Part shown: one piece after another, positions 1 to 9,078 of the stretch
Position numbering within the stretch: position 1 is the stretch's first letter
Layout: each line of letters begins with the position of its first letter
IMG/VR virus record: IMGVR_UViG_3300045988_158467
Location: 1-54,823 of that record
Reading direction: 5' to 3' (one strand)
From: a virus
Length of the DNA stretch: 54,823 bases
Program-made: the position numbers and the translations under genes
The notes under the pieces: model-generated
What the model was told of the DNA's origin: nothing
The model's input: the letters and a program-made list of their open reading frames with translations, nothing else
Database searches by the model: none

Positions 1-109
1 TTTTTTTATGCTTGCTTTCTAATTCACTCAAAAAACTCTGAGATAAATTGCATTTTATAGCTAATTCCTTTTGTGTTAATCTTTGTTTTTTTCTTGCTTC
101 TTTTATCAT
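1..109 (-). CDS. XRE-family HTH protein, 5' part (gene wraps the window junction; continues at 54768 down to 54629; 82 aa in total)
   Basis: ATG at 109-107 preceded by GAGAGGAAAAATA RBS. Translation is MIKEARKKQRLTQKELAIKCNLSQSFLSELESKHKK..., a typical XRE helix-turn-helix. The frame continues uninterrupted into the 3' end of the window once the 55-bp overlap is removed. Confidence 0.75.
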   Translation of the reverse strand, partial: MIKEARKKQRLTQKELAIKCNLSQSFLSELESKHKK

Positions 110-122
110 TATTTTTCCTCTC

Positions 123-188
123 AAATGTCATTTATATTTACACTTAAAATGTCAAATCAGGTCGTAAATATCGCTATCAGCGATATTT
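123..188. promoter_or_regulatory. Upstream control region of the XRE-int operon: two AAATGTCA direct repeats and a perfect palindrome
   Basis: AAATGTCA occurs at 123-130 and 147-154. AAATATCGCT-atc-AGCGATATTT lies at 166-188 (10-bp arms). It sits just upstream of the minus-strand XRE start and is followed by a T-run on the plus strand. Confidence 0.4.
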
Positions 189-224
189 TTTCTGCTACAA
201 TTTTATTAGAAAGGGGGAGATGCA

Positions 225-332
225 ATGAAAAAAGAAGAGTTTATTAAAAAAGTATTAAAGATAAAAAAAGAAAACAAAGATGATTATAAAAAAATAATTG
301 ATAAAATTAATGAATTAAGACAAGTAAAGTAA
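225..332 (+). CDS. small hypothetical protein (35 aa, Lys-rich)
   Basis: ATG 225 preceded by AAGGGGGAG RBS. Convergent with the repressor gene. Below the length cut-off of the ORF track. Confidence 0.3.
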   Translation: MKKEEFIKKVLKIKKENKDDYKKIIDKINELRQVK

Positions 333-333
333 T

Positions 334-663
334 TTATTTGTCTTTTCTTTTTTTTATCATAGTTTGAATCATAGTATCAATTAATTCTTTATTGTCTTCA
401 CTTAAATCTGAATACTTTTTATATAAACTACTTATTTCATCATATTCTTTATTTAAATATTCATCATCCCCTCTTAATAGAAAATCTATTGTTACATGAA
501 AGTAGTCAGCTATTTTTATTAATGTCTCGGCATCAGGAAACCTCCTATTTGTTACCCAGTTTGAAACAGATCCACGCTTTACATTTAATGTATCAGCTAA
601 GTCTTTTTGAGTAATACCATTACTTTTTATTAAAAATTGAAGCCTATCACCAAAGCTAGTCAT
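334..663 (-). CDS. CI-like phage repressor, XRE-family HTH
   Basis: ORF 334..678. The start is probably the internal ATG at 663, preceded by GGGAGGTG. The HTH reads ITQKDLADTLNVKRGSVSNWVTNRR. Divergent from a Cro-like gene across an operator-containing gap. Confidence 0.8.
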   Translation of the reverse strand: MTSFGDRLQFLIKSNGITQKDLADTLNVKRGSVSNWVTNRRFPDAETLIKIADYFHVTIDFLLRGDDEYLNKEYDEISSLYKKYSDLSEDNKELIDTMIQTMIKKRKDK

Positions 664-721
664 ATCAACACCTCCCATTACTTCAAATATACCATAATTA
701 ATAATTATATGAAAGTTATAG

Positions 722-815
722 CTTCAATATGAATATTTTTTCGAAAAAAATTAAAAATAATATTGACAACTTCAATATGAAGCATTAATATATAAGTATA
801 AACTTCAATATGAAG
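722..815. promoter_or_regulatory. Three operator-like copies of the palindrome CTTCAATATGAAG
   Basis: Copies at 770-782 and 803-815 are exact (CTTCA-ATA-TGAAG). The copy at 722-734 is near-exact (CTTCAATATGAAT). All lie in the repressor/cro intergenic region. Confidence 0.7.
763..791 (+). promoter_or_regulatory. Sigma-A-type early (lytic) promoter
   Basis: TTGACA (763-768), a 17-nt spacer, then TAATAT (786-791). Operator copy 2 fills the spacer and copy 3 lies just downstream. Confidence 0.6.
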
Positions 816-843
816 CTAGAACAAATTAAAGGAGGTTGTATAA

Positions 844-1074
844 ATGCCAAACAATGTTGCTGGATTTAGAGCAAAATACAAAATACCTCAAAGGGTATTA
901 GCTGATTTATTAAAAATAAAATTGCCAACATATTGCAATAAAGAAAATAATGTCAGAGCTGAATTCACAAGAAGCGAAATGGTTTCAATAACAATATTTT
1001 TCAAGCAATATGAACCACAAATAACAATGGATGACTTATTTTTTTATCCAAAAGTGCTTCATAAAGAAGCATAA
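844..1074 (+). CDS. Cro-like HTH regulator
   Basis: AGGAGG RBS. First gene of the rightward early operon, divergent from the repressor. Contains IPQRVLADLLKIKLPTYCNKEN, an HTH-like segment. Confidence 0.6.
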   Translation: MPNNVAGFRAKYKIPQRVLADLLKIKLPTYCNKENNVRAEFTRSEMVSITIFFKQYEPQITMDDLFFYPKVLHKEA

Positions 1075-1113
1075 CATATTAAGTTAACAAAAACATTAGG
1101 GGGATGATGGAAT

Positions 1114-1293
1114 ATGAAGAAAGTTTTAACAGTCAATGATGTGCAAGAAATACTACAAATATCTCAAAAAACAGCTTACAACTTAGTAAGACAAGCTTTA
1201 ACAACAGGAGATATGTTCAAAGTAATAAAAATAGGTGGAGTTTATAGAATTCCAACTGAACCTTTTTTAAATTGGTTAGACCAAATGGATTAA
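1114..1293 (+). CDS. excisionase-like / MerR-type HTH_17 DNA-binding protein (59 aa)
   Basis: GGGGGATG RBS. MKKVLTVNDVQEILQISQKTAYNLVRQ...VIKIGGVYRIPTEPFLNWL is the classic Xis/AlpA-type pattern. Confidence 0.6.
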   Translation: MKKVLTVNDVQEILQISQKTAYNLVRQALTTGDMFKVIKIGGVYRIPTEPFLNWLDQMD

Positions 1294-1439
1294 AAGGAGG
1301 GGAGTAATAAATGTCAGTAACTTGGATACTTAAGATTTATTGTAATCTTATAAGAACAGGTGAGGCAGAAAATGACTGGGGAGAATATTTTAAATTTCAA
1401 GATATGGTATTAAGAAAAATAAATAAGGGGGAATAGTAT

Positions 1440-2174
1440 ATGTCAGATTTATATAGCAGTTACAAAGTTTTAAAAAATAATGAAGGACAAGCAGTACAAA
1501 CAATACCTAGCTATGAAGTAGCTAAAATGATGGGGAAAGAACATTGGGAAGTATTAAGGATGTTAGAAGGTAGTAAAGATAGAAAAGGAATTATACAAAC
1601 ACTTAACGACCACCAAATGGGGGTGGTTGAATATTTCGTTCCCAGTACTTATGTGGACGATAAGGGTGAAACTAGAAAATGTTATGAATGTACTAAAATG
1701 GGTTGTGATATGTTAGCTAATAAAATGACAGGCGAAAAAGGAATATTATTCACGGCAAAATACGTTAAAAGATTTAATGAAATGATAGAAAATCCGTTTG
1801 CAGGTATATCAACTGAATTAAGAGCAATATTGATGCTAGACAAAAATCAGCAAGAACTTGATAAAAGAGTAACTGGTATAGAAAATAAGATGACAATAGA
1901 CTATGAGTTAGCAGAAAATCTAAGAAATGCAATAAGTTCAAGAGCAGTATATTTACTAGGTGGAAAACATACAGATGCTTATAAGAAACTAAGTAAAAAG
2001 TTGTTTGCAGAATTTTACAAAGGATTAAAAACTTCATTCAAGGTTAATAGCTATAAAAATATAGCACAAAAGAATTATGATAATGCACTTAAATATATAG
2101 AAAATTGGAAACCTAGTGAGATGTTAGTATATGCCATACAAGGATTGAATGGTCAATTAAGTTTTGAATATTAA
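1440..2174 (+). CDS. Rha-family phage regulatory protein with ORF6C-like C-terminal domain
   Basis: N-terminal ...EVAKMMGKEHWEVLRMLE...CYECTKMGCDMLANKMTGEKGILFTAKYVKRFNEM resembles Rha/antirepressor proteins. Confidence 0.6.
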   Translation: MSDLYSSYKVLKNNEGQAVQTIPSYEVAKMMGKEHWEVLRMLEGSKDRKGIIQTLNDHQMGVVEYFVPSTYVDDKGETRKCYECTKMGCDMLANKMTGEKGILFTAKYVKRFNEMIENPFAGISTELRAILMLDKNQQELDKRVTGIENKMTIDYELAENLRNAISSRAVYLLGGKHTDAYKKLSKKLFAEFYKGLKTSFKVNSYKNIAQKNYDNALKYIENWKPSEMLVYAIQGLNGQLSFEY

Positions 2175-2337
2175 AGGGGGATAAATAATGGAGGATTATA
2201 TTAAACATTTGCAAAGTTAAATAGATTACTGGAAAATGATAAGTGCAGCAGAAAGAGAAAAGAACATTAAATTAGAAGAAATCATTAAGAAAATTGAAAA
2301 AAAGATATACAACTTAGAAGATAAGGAGGATAAATAA

Positions 2338-2661
2338 ATGAAAAATATATGCAATACTTGTAAATATGAAATATATGAATTTTGCAAAAAAGTAGGGTTG
2401 GAAAGTATAGATAAAAATGGAAAATGTTTTATTTATAAAGAAGATGTCTATAAAGAACATGGACTAAGAAAAGTTGAAGTAATAGAAATAAATCGTTATA
2501 GAGAGCTTGATAGCGATACGCCTAATAATAAAAGTTTCATAGCTTATTTTCATAAGTGGTTTGAATCTGAAAATGAATTATATGCAATTGTAGAAGACAC
2601 GAAAGGGAATGTTGAAAAATTAAATGCATTTGATTTTAACTTTAAATTTATAAATATCTAA
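2338..2661 (+). CDS. hypothetical early protein
   Basis: AAGGAGG RBS. Co-directional tight packing. Confidence 0.5.
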   Translation: MKNICNTCKYEIYEFCKKVGLESIDKNGKCFIYKEDVYKEHGLRKVEVIEINRYRELDSDTPNNKSFIAYFHKWFESENELYAIVEDTKGNVEKLNAFDFNFKFINI

Positions 2662-2682
2662 TAATTAAAGGAGGATAAATAA

Positions 2683-2988
2683 ATGAACTGGATATTAGAT
2701 GAAGTCAGAGAAAGTATTAAAAATAAGATTACAGTATGTGAGAGTTTCATGGAGTTATGTGATGAACAAATTAAAAATTATAAAAATAGATATGAAACTA
2801 ATAGAGTAGGAGAAGCAGCAAACCATGAATACTGGAGAGCATGCAAAATAAGAACAGCATACGAAATCAAGGACCTAAAAGAAATATTACAAGAAATTGA
2901 TGAAATGATGCAAGAAGAAGTAAGGGACCTTGAGGAAGCAGATGAAGATGAAAGAGAAAATAGAGTAGATGCTTACATGGGAATATAA
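2683..2988 (+). CDS. hypothetical early protein (acidic C-terminus)
   Basis: AAGGAGG RBS. Co-directional. Confidence 0.5.
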   Translation: MNWILDEVRESIKNKITVCESFMELCDEQIKNYKNRYETNRVGEAANHEYWRACKIRTAYEIKDLKEILQEIDEMMQEEVRDLEEADEDERENRVDAYMGI

Positions 2989-3066
2989 AAATAAGCCCTA
3001 TAAAATAGGACCCAATGGAAATTGATACTAAGTTAATTATACCACAATAACAAAAGAGGTGTAAAT

Positions 3067-3345
3067 ATGAGAATTAGAGATAGTTATTTAAATCAAGAGC
3101 CGACTTTTGAAAATAAACTACTTTATGCAATGTACACCAATAAATACGATGATAATGCAGAGGAAGCATGGGGTTTTATTGATGGAGCAAGGGAATGTTT
3201 AGAAGGATATAAACCTATTGAAGAACTTGAAGAATATATACAAAAGTATGAGATAGATAACAGTCCTTTGACAATATATGACAAAGGATATTTACAAGCA
3301 TATAAAGACTTTGTAAAACAAGAAAAAAATAAGGAGAGTGCATAA
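3067..3345 (+). CDS. hypothetical early protein
   Basis: AGAGGTG RBS. Confidence 0.5.
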   Translation: MRIRDSYLNQEPTFENKLLYAMYTNKYDDNAEEAWGFIDGARECLEGYKPIEELEEYIQKYEIDNSPLTIYDKGYLQAYKDFVKQEKNKESA

Positions 3346-3558
3346 ATGAATAATAAAGAAATAAATGAACTTATATTTTGCTTAGGTAAGGTTACTTTAG
3401 AAATTTATGAATATAAAAAGATGAAAGAAAAATTAGATACTGACTATAAAGAAGCAATTGAATATTTAGGTTTGCCTGATTCAATACTAGATTCTTTCGA
3501 ACAAAATCAAGAATTTATTATTAATGAAATAATCAAGGAGCGTGAAGCTAATGAGTAA
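3346..3558 (+). CDS. hypothetical early protein
   Basis: AAGGAGAG RBS. Start abuts the previous stop. Confidence 0.5.
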   Translation: MNNKEINELIFCLGKVTLEIYEYKKMKEKLDTDYKEAIEYLGLPDSILDSFEQNQEFIINEIIKEREANE

Positions 3559-3886
3559 TAAAATAGTTTTTGAAATTGGCATCGGTTTTAGTACCTATAC
3601 AGTAATAAAAACCAAAGTGGAAATAAATGATATAAATTTTGTGTTTGAATATTACCCATCATTTGGGATGTTGACAATAGATAGAGTTTACAATGTTTTT
3701 AATGGAGATGGATTGGAAATGAAAGCGTTTAGAGAAAATGTAATAAATGTAAACGAAACAGAGTTTGATATTGAAACTTTTGATGTTGAAACTTTTGCTA
3801 GGGAATATGTTCACGAAAACTTAGTGATGCAAATATATGATAAAAATGAACATTCTGTATTAAAGGAGGTGACTTTAAGTGAATAA
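3551..3886 (+). CDS. hypothetical early protein
   Basis: ORF 3542..3886. ATG 3551 is better spaced from the AAGGAG RBS. Confidence 0.5.
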   Translation: MSNKIVFEIGIGFSTYTVIKTKVEINDINFVFEYYPSFGMLTIDRVYNVFNGDGLEMKAFRENVINVNETEFDIETFDVETFAREYVHENLVMQIYDKNEHSVLKEVTLSE

Positions 3887-4769
3887 TGCATTACAACTGG
3901 CAACTTATACATTAGAAGGTGGACAAGTATTATCAGCCACAACTGTTAAGAATTATATAGCACCAGGAGCTACTGACCAAGAAGTTTTATATTTTATTGA
4001 ATTATGTAAGGCCCAAAAGCTTAATCCATTTGTAAGAGATGCATATCTTGTTAAATATGGAAATCAACCGGCTCAAATTATAGTAGGCAAAGATGTATTT
4101 CTTAAAAAAGCTGGAGAAAATCCATACTTTGATGGATTAAAGGCTGGAATAGTAGTGGTTGATAAGAATGGAGAAGTAAAAGAACGTGAAGGCTCATTGA
4201 AAGTTCCAGGAGATGAATTAATAGGTGGGTGGTGTGAAGTATATCTAAAAAATAGAGAATATCCTACTAAGTGCTTAGTTAGTTTAGAAGAATATATACA
4301 AAAGAAAAAGGACGGAACAGTAAATAGTATGTGGAGTAGTAAACCATGCACAATGATACGAAAAGTAGCACAATCACAAGCTTTAAGAGAAGCTTTTCCT
4401 AATGAACTTAGAGGTTTATACGAAAAAGAAGAAATGGGAATAGATACAAAATTACCGGAAAAAGAAATAGTTCCAGGCATGGCATCAACTAAGCAAAAGA
4501 ATAAGATAATGGCAATGGCATCACAAAAGGGATTATATGATTTCAATAATCCTAAAGACATAAAAGAGTTAGAGTGTTTCTGTACTAGCAATGGATACGA
4601 TTTAAAACATCTTAAATTTGAAGAAGCAGACGAAGTATTACAACTTTTAATTGAATATGATCCAAAGGTTGATGATGTAACTGTAGATGATGAAATACAA
4701 GATGTAGAGTTTGATGAAGTCACTGAAACTGATGAAAATAATATAGAAGAACAAGTTAGTTTATTGTAA
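3879..4769 (+). CDS. recT: RecT/Bet-family single-strand annealing recombinase
   Basis: QKLNPFVRDAYLVKYGNQPAQIIVGKDVFLKKAGENPYFDGLKAGIVV... matches the RecT-family core. Acidic C-terminal tail. Confidence 0.75.
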   Translation: MNNALQLATYTLEGGQVLSATTVKNYIAPGATDQEVLYFIELCKAQKLNPFVRDAYLVKYGNQPAQIIVGKDVFLKKAGENPYFDGLKAGIVVVDKNGEVKEREGSLKVPGDELIGGWCEVYLKNREYPTKCLVSLEEYIQKKKDGTVNSMWSSKPCTMIRKVAQSQALREAFPNELRGLYEKEEMGIDTKLPEKEIVPGMASTKQKNKIMAMASQKGLYDFNNPKDIKELECFCTSNGYDLKHLKFEEADEVLQLLIEYDPKVDDVTVDDEIQDVEFDEVTETDENNIEEQVSLL

Positions 4770-4823
4770 TAGGTTGAGGATTAATTCCTCTTCCTAATCA
4801 AAAGACAAAGTGAGGTGAAAGAA

Positions 4824-5675
4824 ATGTCAGATAATAAGAAGTATTATTACTTAAAGTTGGCAGACAATTTCTATGATAGAGATGAAATGATAATATTAGA
4901 AAGCATGCCGGATGGATATATGTATTCAAATATATTATTAAAACTCTATCTTAGAAGCTTAAAAAATGAAGGTAAATTATTATTCAATGATAGAATACCA
5001 TATAATTCTCAGATGTTAGCCAATATTACCAGATTTCCAATAGGAGTTATAGAAAAAGCTCTTAAAATTTTCCTAGACTTGGGATTGATAGAAATTCTTG
5101 ATAATGGAGCAATTTATATGCTTGATATACAAAATTTTATTGGAAAAAGTACAACTGAAGCTGATAGAAAAAGGGACTACAGGAAAAGAATAGCAGATGA
5201 TAAAAAGAAATTGGGACAAATGTCCGGACAATGTCTAGACAAAACTACACCAGAGACAGAGACAGAGATAGAGACAGAGCAAGAGATAGATTTAGAGACA
5301 AAGACAGAAATAGAGACAGAACTAGAGCAACAACAAGAGATAAAGAAAGAAGATGTTGTTGGTAAGGTTAGGTTATATATGCCTTATTTAAATGAAGAAG
5401 ATATAAATACCATTACAAATGAATTTTTAAAAACTAATAAAGATATGTATTATTTATCAGAAAAATTAATTATAACAACGGATTCTAAAAATATAGAAAA
5501 TAAAGTAGGTTATCTTATAAAAGCAATAAAAGAAGATTATAAACTTAGATTAGTTACATCAGTAAAGAATTTAGTTCTTGTATGGGAACAGGAAATGAGA
5601 GAAAAGCCGAATAACCCTATCATTGCTGATAAGGTTAAGTATTTTAGATATTTGAGTTCAAAAAAAGAATATTAA
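4824..5675 (+). CDS. phage replisome organizer (Phage_rep_org_N-type N-terminal domain)
   Basis: YYYLKLADNFYDRDEMIILESMPDGYMYSNILLKLYL...RIPYNSQMLANITRFPIGVIEKALKIF is the typical N-terminal domain. ATG 4824 follows a GTGAGGTG RBS. Confidence 0.75.
   Translation: MSDNKKYYYLKLADNFYDRDEMIILESMPDGYMYSNILLKLYLRSLKNEGKLLFNDRIPYNSQMLANITRFPIGVIEKALKIFLDLGLIEILDNGAIYMLDIQNFIGKSTTEADRKRDYRKRIADDKKKLGQMSGQCLDKTTPETETEIETEQEIDLETKTEIETELEQQQEIKKEDVVGKVRLYMPYLNEEDINTITNEFLKTNKDMYYLSEKLIITTDSKNIENKVGYLIKAIKEDYKLRLVTSVKNLVLVWEQEMREKPNNPIIADKVKYFRYLSSKKEY
5251..5330. repeat. Degenerate GAGACAGA/GATAGA tandem repeats inside the replisome organizer gene (ori-like)
   Basis: The sequence cagagacagagacagagatagagacagagcaagagatagatttagagacaaagacagaaatagagacagaactagagcaa encodes ETETEIETEQEIDLETKTEIETELEQ. 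Confidence 0.6.
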
Positions 5676-5746
5676 ATTATATGAATATTATATGCAATTG
5701 CTTTTAATATATTCCAGGGGATTTCCTCTGGTAAGGGGGAGTAATT

Positions 5747-6244
5747 ATGAAATACAAACATATGCCAGTAAAGAAATACCATTCTAAATATACAGATCCA
5801 AACGACAATACATCACTTAACTATCTTGCTTTAGCAGCAGCAATACTAGACCCAAATCCAAAGAAAGATTCAAGGAGTTACATGCTACCAGAGTTATTTA
5901 ATCCAGAGGAAGGACAAAAGAGAATTCGAGAAATTGACAATATAAGAGCAACTGGAGGAATAACAGAAGCGGAAATGATTGCCATTAATGAAGAAAATGC
6001 TAATTATGATATAAAAGTCAGAAAAGAATTAGAGGCAATTAAAAAAAGAAGAGTTTTCAAGAGAAGACAAATTAGAGTGATTAACAAGTATGCAGGAGAA
6101 GAGAGAATATTTTCTTCTATGAAGGAAGCTTGTGAAGAATACGATTTAAATTACAACAGTGTACAAAATACATATAAATATTATCAAAAGAGATACGGAG
6201 CAAACAAAATTAAATATCATGGATTAATCATAGAGAAGATGTAG
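5747..6244 (+). CDS. hypothetical protein with NUMOD1-like C-terminal DNA-binding segment
   Basis: GGGGGAG RBS. The C-terminal ...ERIFSSMKEACEEYDLNYNSVQNTYKYY... resembles NUMOD/IENR HTH modules. Confidence 0.45.
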   Translation: MKYKHMPVKKYHSKYTDPNDNTSLNYLALAAAILDPNPKKDSRSYMLPELFNPEEGQKRIREIDNIRATGGITEAEMIAINEENANYDIKVRKELEAIKKRRVFKRRQIRVINKYAGEERIFSSMKEACEEYDLNYNSVQNTYKYYQKRYGANKIKYHGLIIEKM

Positions 6245-6257
6245 AGGGGGAACAAAT

Positions 6258-7232
6258 ATGATTATCGATAAAAATATTGTTGAATTGTTTAAAAAGGCTC
6301 AAAAGGGAGATAGAGAGGCTGTAACAAGCATTGTTGAGGATAATATAGGGCTTGTATATAAGCAAGCAAAGAAATTCAAAGGTAAAGCAATAAGTTACGA
6401 TGATGCAATTCAAGTTGGAAGTCTAGGATTATTATATTCCATACAAAATTATGACCCAGAACTAGGAATAAAATTTTCAACTTATGCAACAAGCAATATA
6501 ATAGGTAAAATAATGCATACTATAAGAGACCATAGAGAAGATGTACCATTTAGAATACCTAGAAAAAATTTTGATGAATATAGACAAATCAAGCAAATTA
6601 GAAAAGAATTCGAGAAAATACAAAGAGAACCCACACTAAAAGAAATGTCAGAAATTATGGGAATAACAATCGAAGAAATTACAAAGACACTTCATCTTAT
6701 GGAAGGCAAAATTCCTATGGATAGCACAATGAGAGCATCTAAACATAAAACAAAGGCTGTAAAATTTTCAGAAACATTAGAAAGTAATAGCATATCAGAA
6801 GACCAAATAATTTTCAAAATAGACATCCCTAATGCTATTAATAAGCTACCAGAAAGGGAAAAATTAGTAATAATAAAAAGATTCTACGAAGAAAAAAGTC
6901 AGTCAGAGATTGGAAAAGAATTACAAACAAGTCAAGCACAAATTCACAGAATAGAAAAAATAGCACTGAAAAATCTAAAAGATATTTTGAACGGAAAGAA
7001 TATAGAAATATTGGACTTGGACAAGCCAGTAGCTAGAAAATACAAATATATAGATATGGCTACAACAGATTTAAGTTGCCTTACGGAGCGACAAAAGAAG
7101 TGTGTTGACTTAGTATTTGGCAAAGGACTAACACAAGCTGAGGCAGGCAAAATATTAGGTGCGAGTAAACACAATGTATATGCAGCAATAACAGAAGTAA
7201 TGAAGAAGTTAGAGAAAAAGAAAATTAGTTAA
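6258..7232 (+). CDS. sigma-70-family sigma factor (SigF/G/B-like regions 2-4) with an extra C-terminal sigma-4/LuxR-like HTH
   Basis: Region 2: NIGLVYKQAKKF...DDAIQVGSLGLLYSIQNYDPELGIKFSTYATSNIIGKI. Region 4: LPEREKLVIIKRFYEEKSQSEIGKELQTSQAQIHRIEKIALKNL. Then a second module: LTERQKKCVDLVFGKGLTQAEAGKILGASKHNVYAAI. Confidence 0.8.
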   Translation: MIIDKNIVELFKKAQKGDREAVTSIVEDNIGLVYKQAKKFKGKAISYDDAIQVGSLGLLYSIQNYDPELGIKFSTYATSNIIGKIMHTIRDHREDVPFRIPRKNFDEYRQIKQIRKEFEKIQREPTLKEMSEIMGITIEEITKTLHLMEGKIPMDSTMRASKHKTKAVKFSETLESNSISEDQIIFKIDIPNAINKLPEREKLVIIKRFYEEKSQSEIGKELQTSQAQIHRIEKIALKNLKDILNGKNIEILDLDKPVARKYKYIDMATTDLSCLTERQKKCVDLVFGKGLTQAEAGKILGASKHNVYAAITEVMKKLEKKKIS

Positions 7233-7246
7233 GGGGATGAAAACTA

Positions 7247-7429
7247 ATGAAAAATATTGTTGGTGCTAAAGAAAATGTGTGCCCTCATTGCCAAGGCACA
7301 ATGTTATACATAAAAATCAATAAAGCTAAAGTTATTAGTCAATGTAAATGTGGATGCACTATAGATGGAAGAGCAAAAGATGAAGTTAGAGTATGGAGTT
7401 ATGATCCAATAACAGAAGAGGTGAAGTAA
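7247..7429 (+). CDS. small zinc-ribbon protein
   Basis: CPHC...CKCGC cysteine pairs. GGGGATG RBS. Confidence 0.5.
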   Translation: MKNIVGAKENVCPHCQGTMLYIKINKAKVISQCKCGCTIDGRAKDEVRVWSYDPITEEVK

Positions 7430-7698
7430 TGAAATTAACAGGATTACAAATAAGAAATATGCAAATGATAGAGGACCTAGAGAAATATATAAAAGAACTT
7501 GAGATAAAAAGGATAGAGCATGATTTATTAAATAAAAACAAATATGCTGAACTATATAAGGTTTATCATAGATTGTTAGAGGGGATTAGATGAAAGAAGT
7601 TATAAAGTTTGCTAAATTCTACTATGAGCTAGGATATAGCTTGAATGAAGCTATAACTATGGCTATTAATATAGCTAGAGAAGTGGAGATGAGTAAAT

Positions 7699-8052
7699 AT
7701 GAGTGAAGCACAAGAGCAGAAAGCAGTCATAGAATGGTGTAATTGGAACTCAAATAGATTTGAAGAGCTCAAATGGATATTCCATTGTCCTAATGAAGCA
7801 AAAAGAAGTAAGACAACAGGAGCAGAATTAAAAAGACTTGGTATGCGAGCTGGAGTTCCGGATTTACTACTTTTATCGCCTAAAGGTAAATACATAGGAC
7901 TAGCAATAGAGATGAAATATGGAAAGAATAAATGCACCATAGAACAAGTTAAATGGCTAGATTGGTTATATAAGCAGGGATATATGTGCAAGGTTTGCTG
8001 GAGTGCAGATGATGCAATAGCAGTAATAAAAGAGTACTTGGGGATTAAATAG
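7699..8052 (+). CDS. VRR-NUC domain nuclease
   Basis: ...GVPDLLLLSPKGKYIGLAIEMKYGKNKCTIEQVKWLDWL... carries the PD-(D/E)xK D...E.K arrangement typical of VRR-NUC. Confidence 0.7.
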   Translation: MSEAQEQKAVIEWCNWNSNRFEELKWIFHCPNEAKRSKTTGAELKRLGMRAGVPDLLLLSPKGKYIGLAIEMKYGKNKCTIEQVKWLDWLYKQGYMCKVCWSADDAIAVIKEYLGIK

Positions 8053-8298
8053 TTTTGTAATAAAAGAAAGGTGATATATTATGAAAGAATTGCTTTTGAA
8101 AATTGAAATTACAGATGATCCAACGGAAAAGTTAAGACTATACAGAATTTTAAAAAGAATAATAAACATTCAGATGATGAATTTAAAAAAACAATTGGAA
8201 AAACAATAAAATAACAACTAAATAGGGGATTATGCAATACTAGTGTAGTTCCCTATTCTTATTTACTAATGATAGTCAAATGAAAAGGAAGTGATTTT

Positions 8299-8568
8299 GT
8301 GGAAAATATTCAATTGAACATATTAGATAAAGTAGAAGAAGAAAAGTCAGCATTAAAATTTGATAATGAAGAATTTACAGACTATGTAAATAAATATAAA
8401 GAGGCTTCAGATAAAATACTTAAAGCTAAGTTAGCAATAGACGAACTAAGAGAAATTCAAAAAAGAATAAAAAACTTAAATATTAAATTTGATAAAGAAC
8501 AGTTAAAAGAATTAGAAGTGTACATGGATAAGCTTGATTATTGTGTTAGTTATATAAAAAGATTGTAA
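8299..8568 (+). CDS. hypothetical protein (GTG start)
   Basis: AAGGAAGTG RBS. Coiled-coil-like composition. Confidence 0.45.
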   Translation: MENIQLNILDKVEEEKSALKFDNEEFTDYVNKYKEASDKILKAKLAIDELREIQKRIKNLNIKFDKEQLKELEVYMDKLDYCVSYIKRL

Positions 8569-8712
8569 AAAGAGGTGATATTATGCTAGACGAGTTAAAA
8601 GAGATACTTAGCAGTTTATATTGCCAACTAGGATTGACAGATGACATTTTAAGACTTTCACAAGTAATAGATGAACTAATTAATCAAGAGATGAAATAAG
8701 GGGGATTTAAAT

Positions 8713-9078
8713 ATGTTATTAAATAGAAAATATATAAATGACCTTATAGAAGAATTAGAGAGAGCACAAGAAACAAATAAACATTTACACAAAATGATTG
8801 ATTTTTTAAAGAACAGAAATAGTAAGTTAAAAGAGGATATAGAAGTTAAAGAGGACTCAATAGAAAATTTACTAGATGCAAATAGAGAACTAAGCCTAGC
8901 AAATACTTACTTAGAAAAACAAATTAGATTGCTTACAAATGAAAATGCAATGTTGGAAAAAGAATTACAAGAGTTAAAAACTAAACATAGCAAAACTACA
9001 GGACAATTGGACAAGTTAAGAAATTACTGTAGACAGTTAACAGGCATAGATATATTAGGAACAGGGGAGGATGAATAG
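8713..9078 (+). CDS. hypothetical coiled-coil protein
   Basis: AAGGGGGA RBS. Heptad-like Leu/Glu/Lys composition. Confidence 0.5.
   Translation: MLLNRKYINDLIEELERAQETNKHLHKMIDFLKNRNSKLKEDIEVKEDSIENLLDANRELSLANTYLEKQIRLLTNENAMLEKELQELKTKHSKTTGQLDKLRNYCRQLTGIDILGTGEDE

Noticed and set aside
4073-4723. Long antisense ORFs inside clear genes. Examples: 1774..2037, 4073..4723, 6944..7174, 7629..7991, 14503..14835, 24314..24842, 28153..28742, 30104..30772, 32461..32697, 38733..39068, 42482..42895, 45814..46416.
   Set aside because: They lie opposite well-supported CDSs and lack RBSs. Their products are low-complexity and Ser/Phe/Ile/Leu-rich, as expected from reverse-frame reading of AT-rich, purine-skewed coding DNA.
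5251-5330. The repeats here and the ACTGACA arrays near 53480, considered as CRISPR arrays.
   Set aside because: The repeat units are 6-14 bp without unique spacers of CRISPR size, and no cas genes are present.
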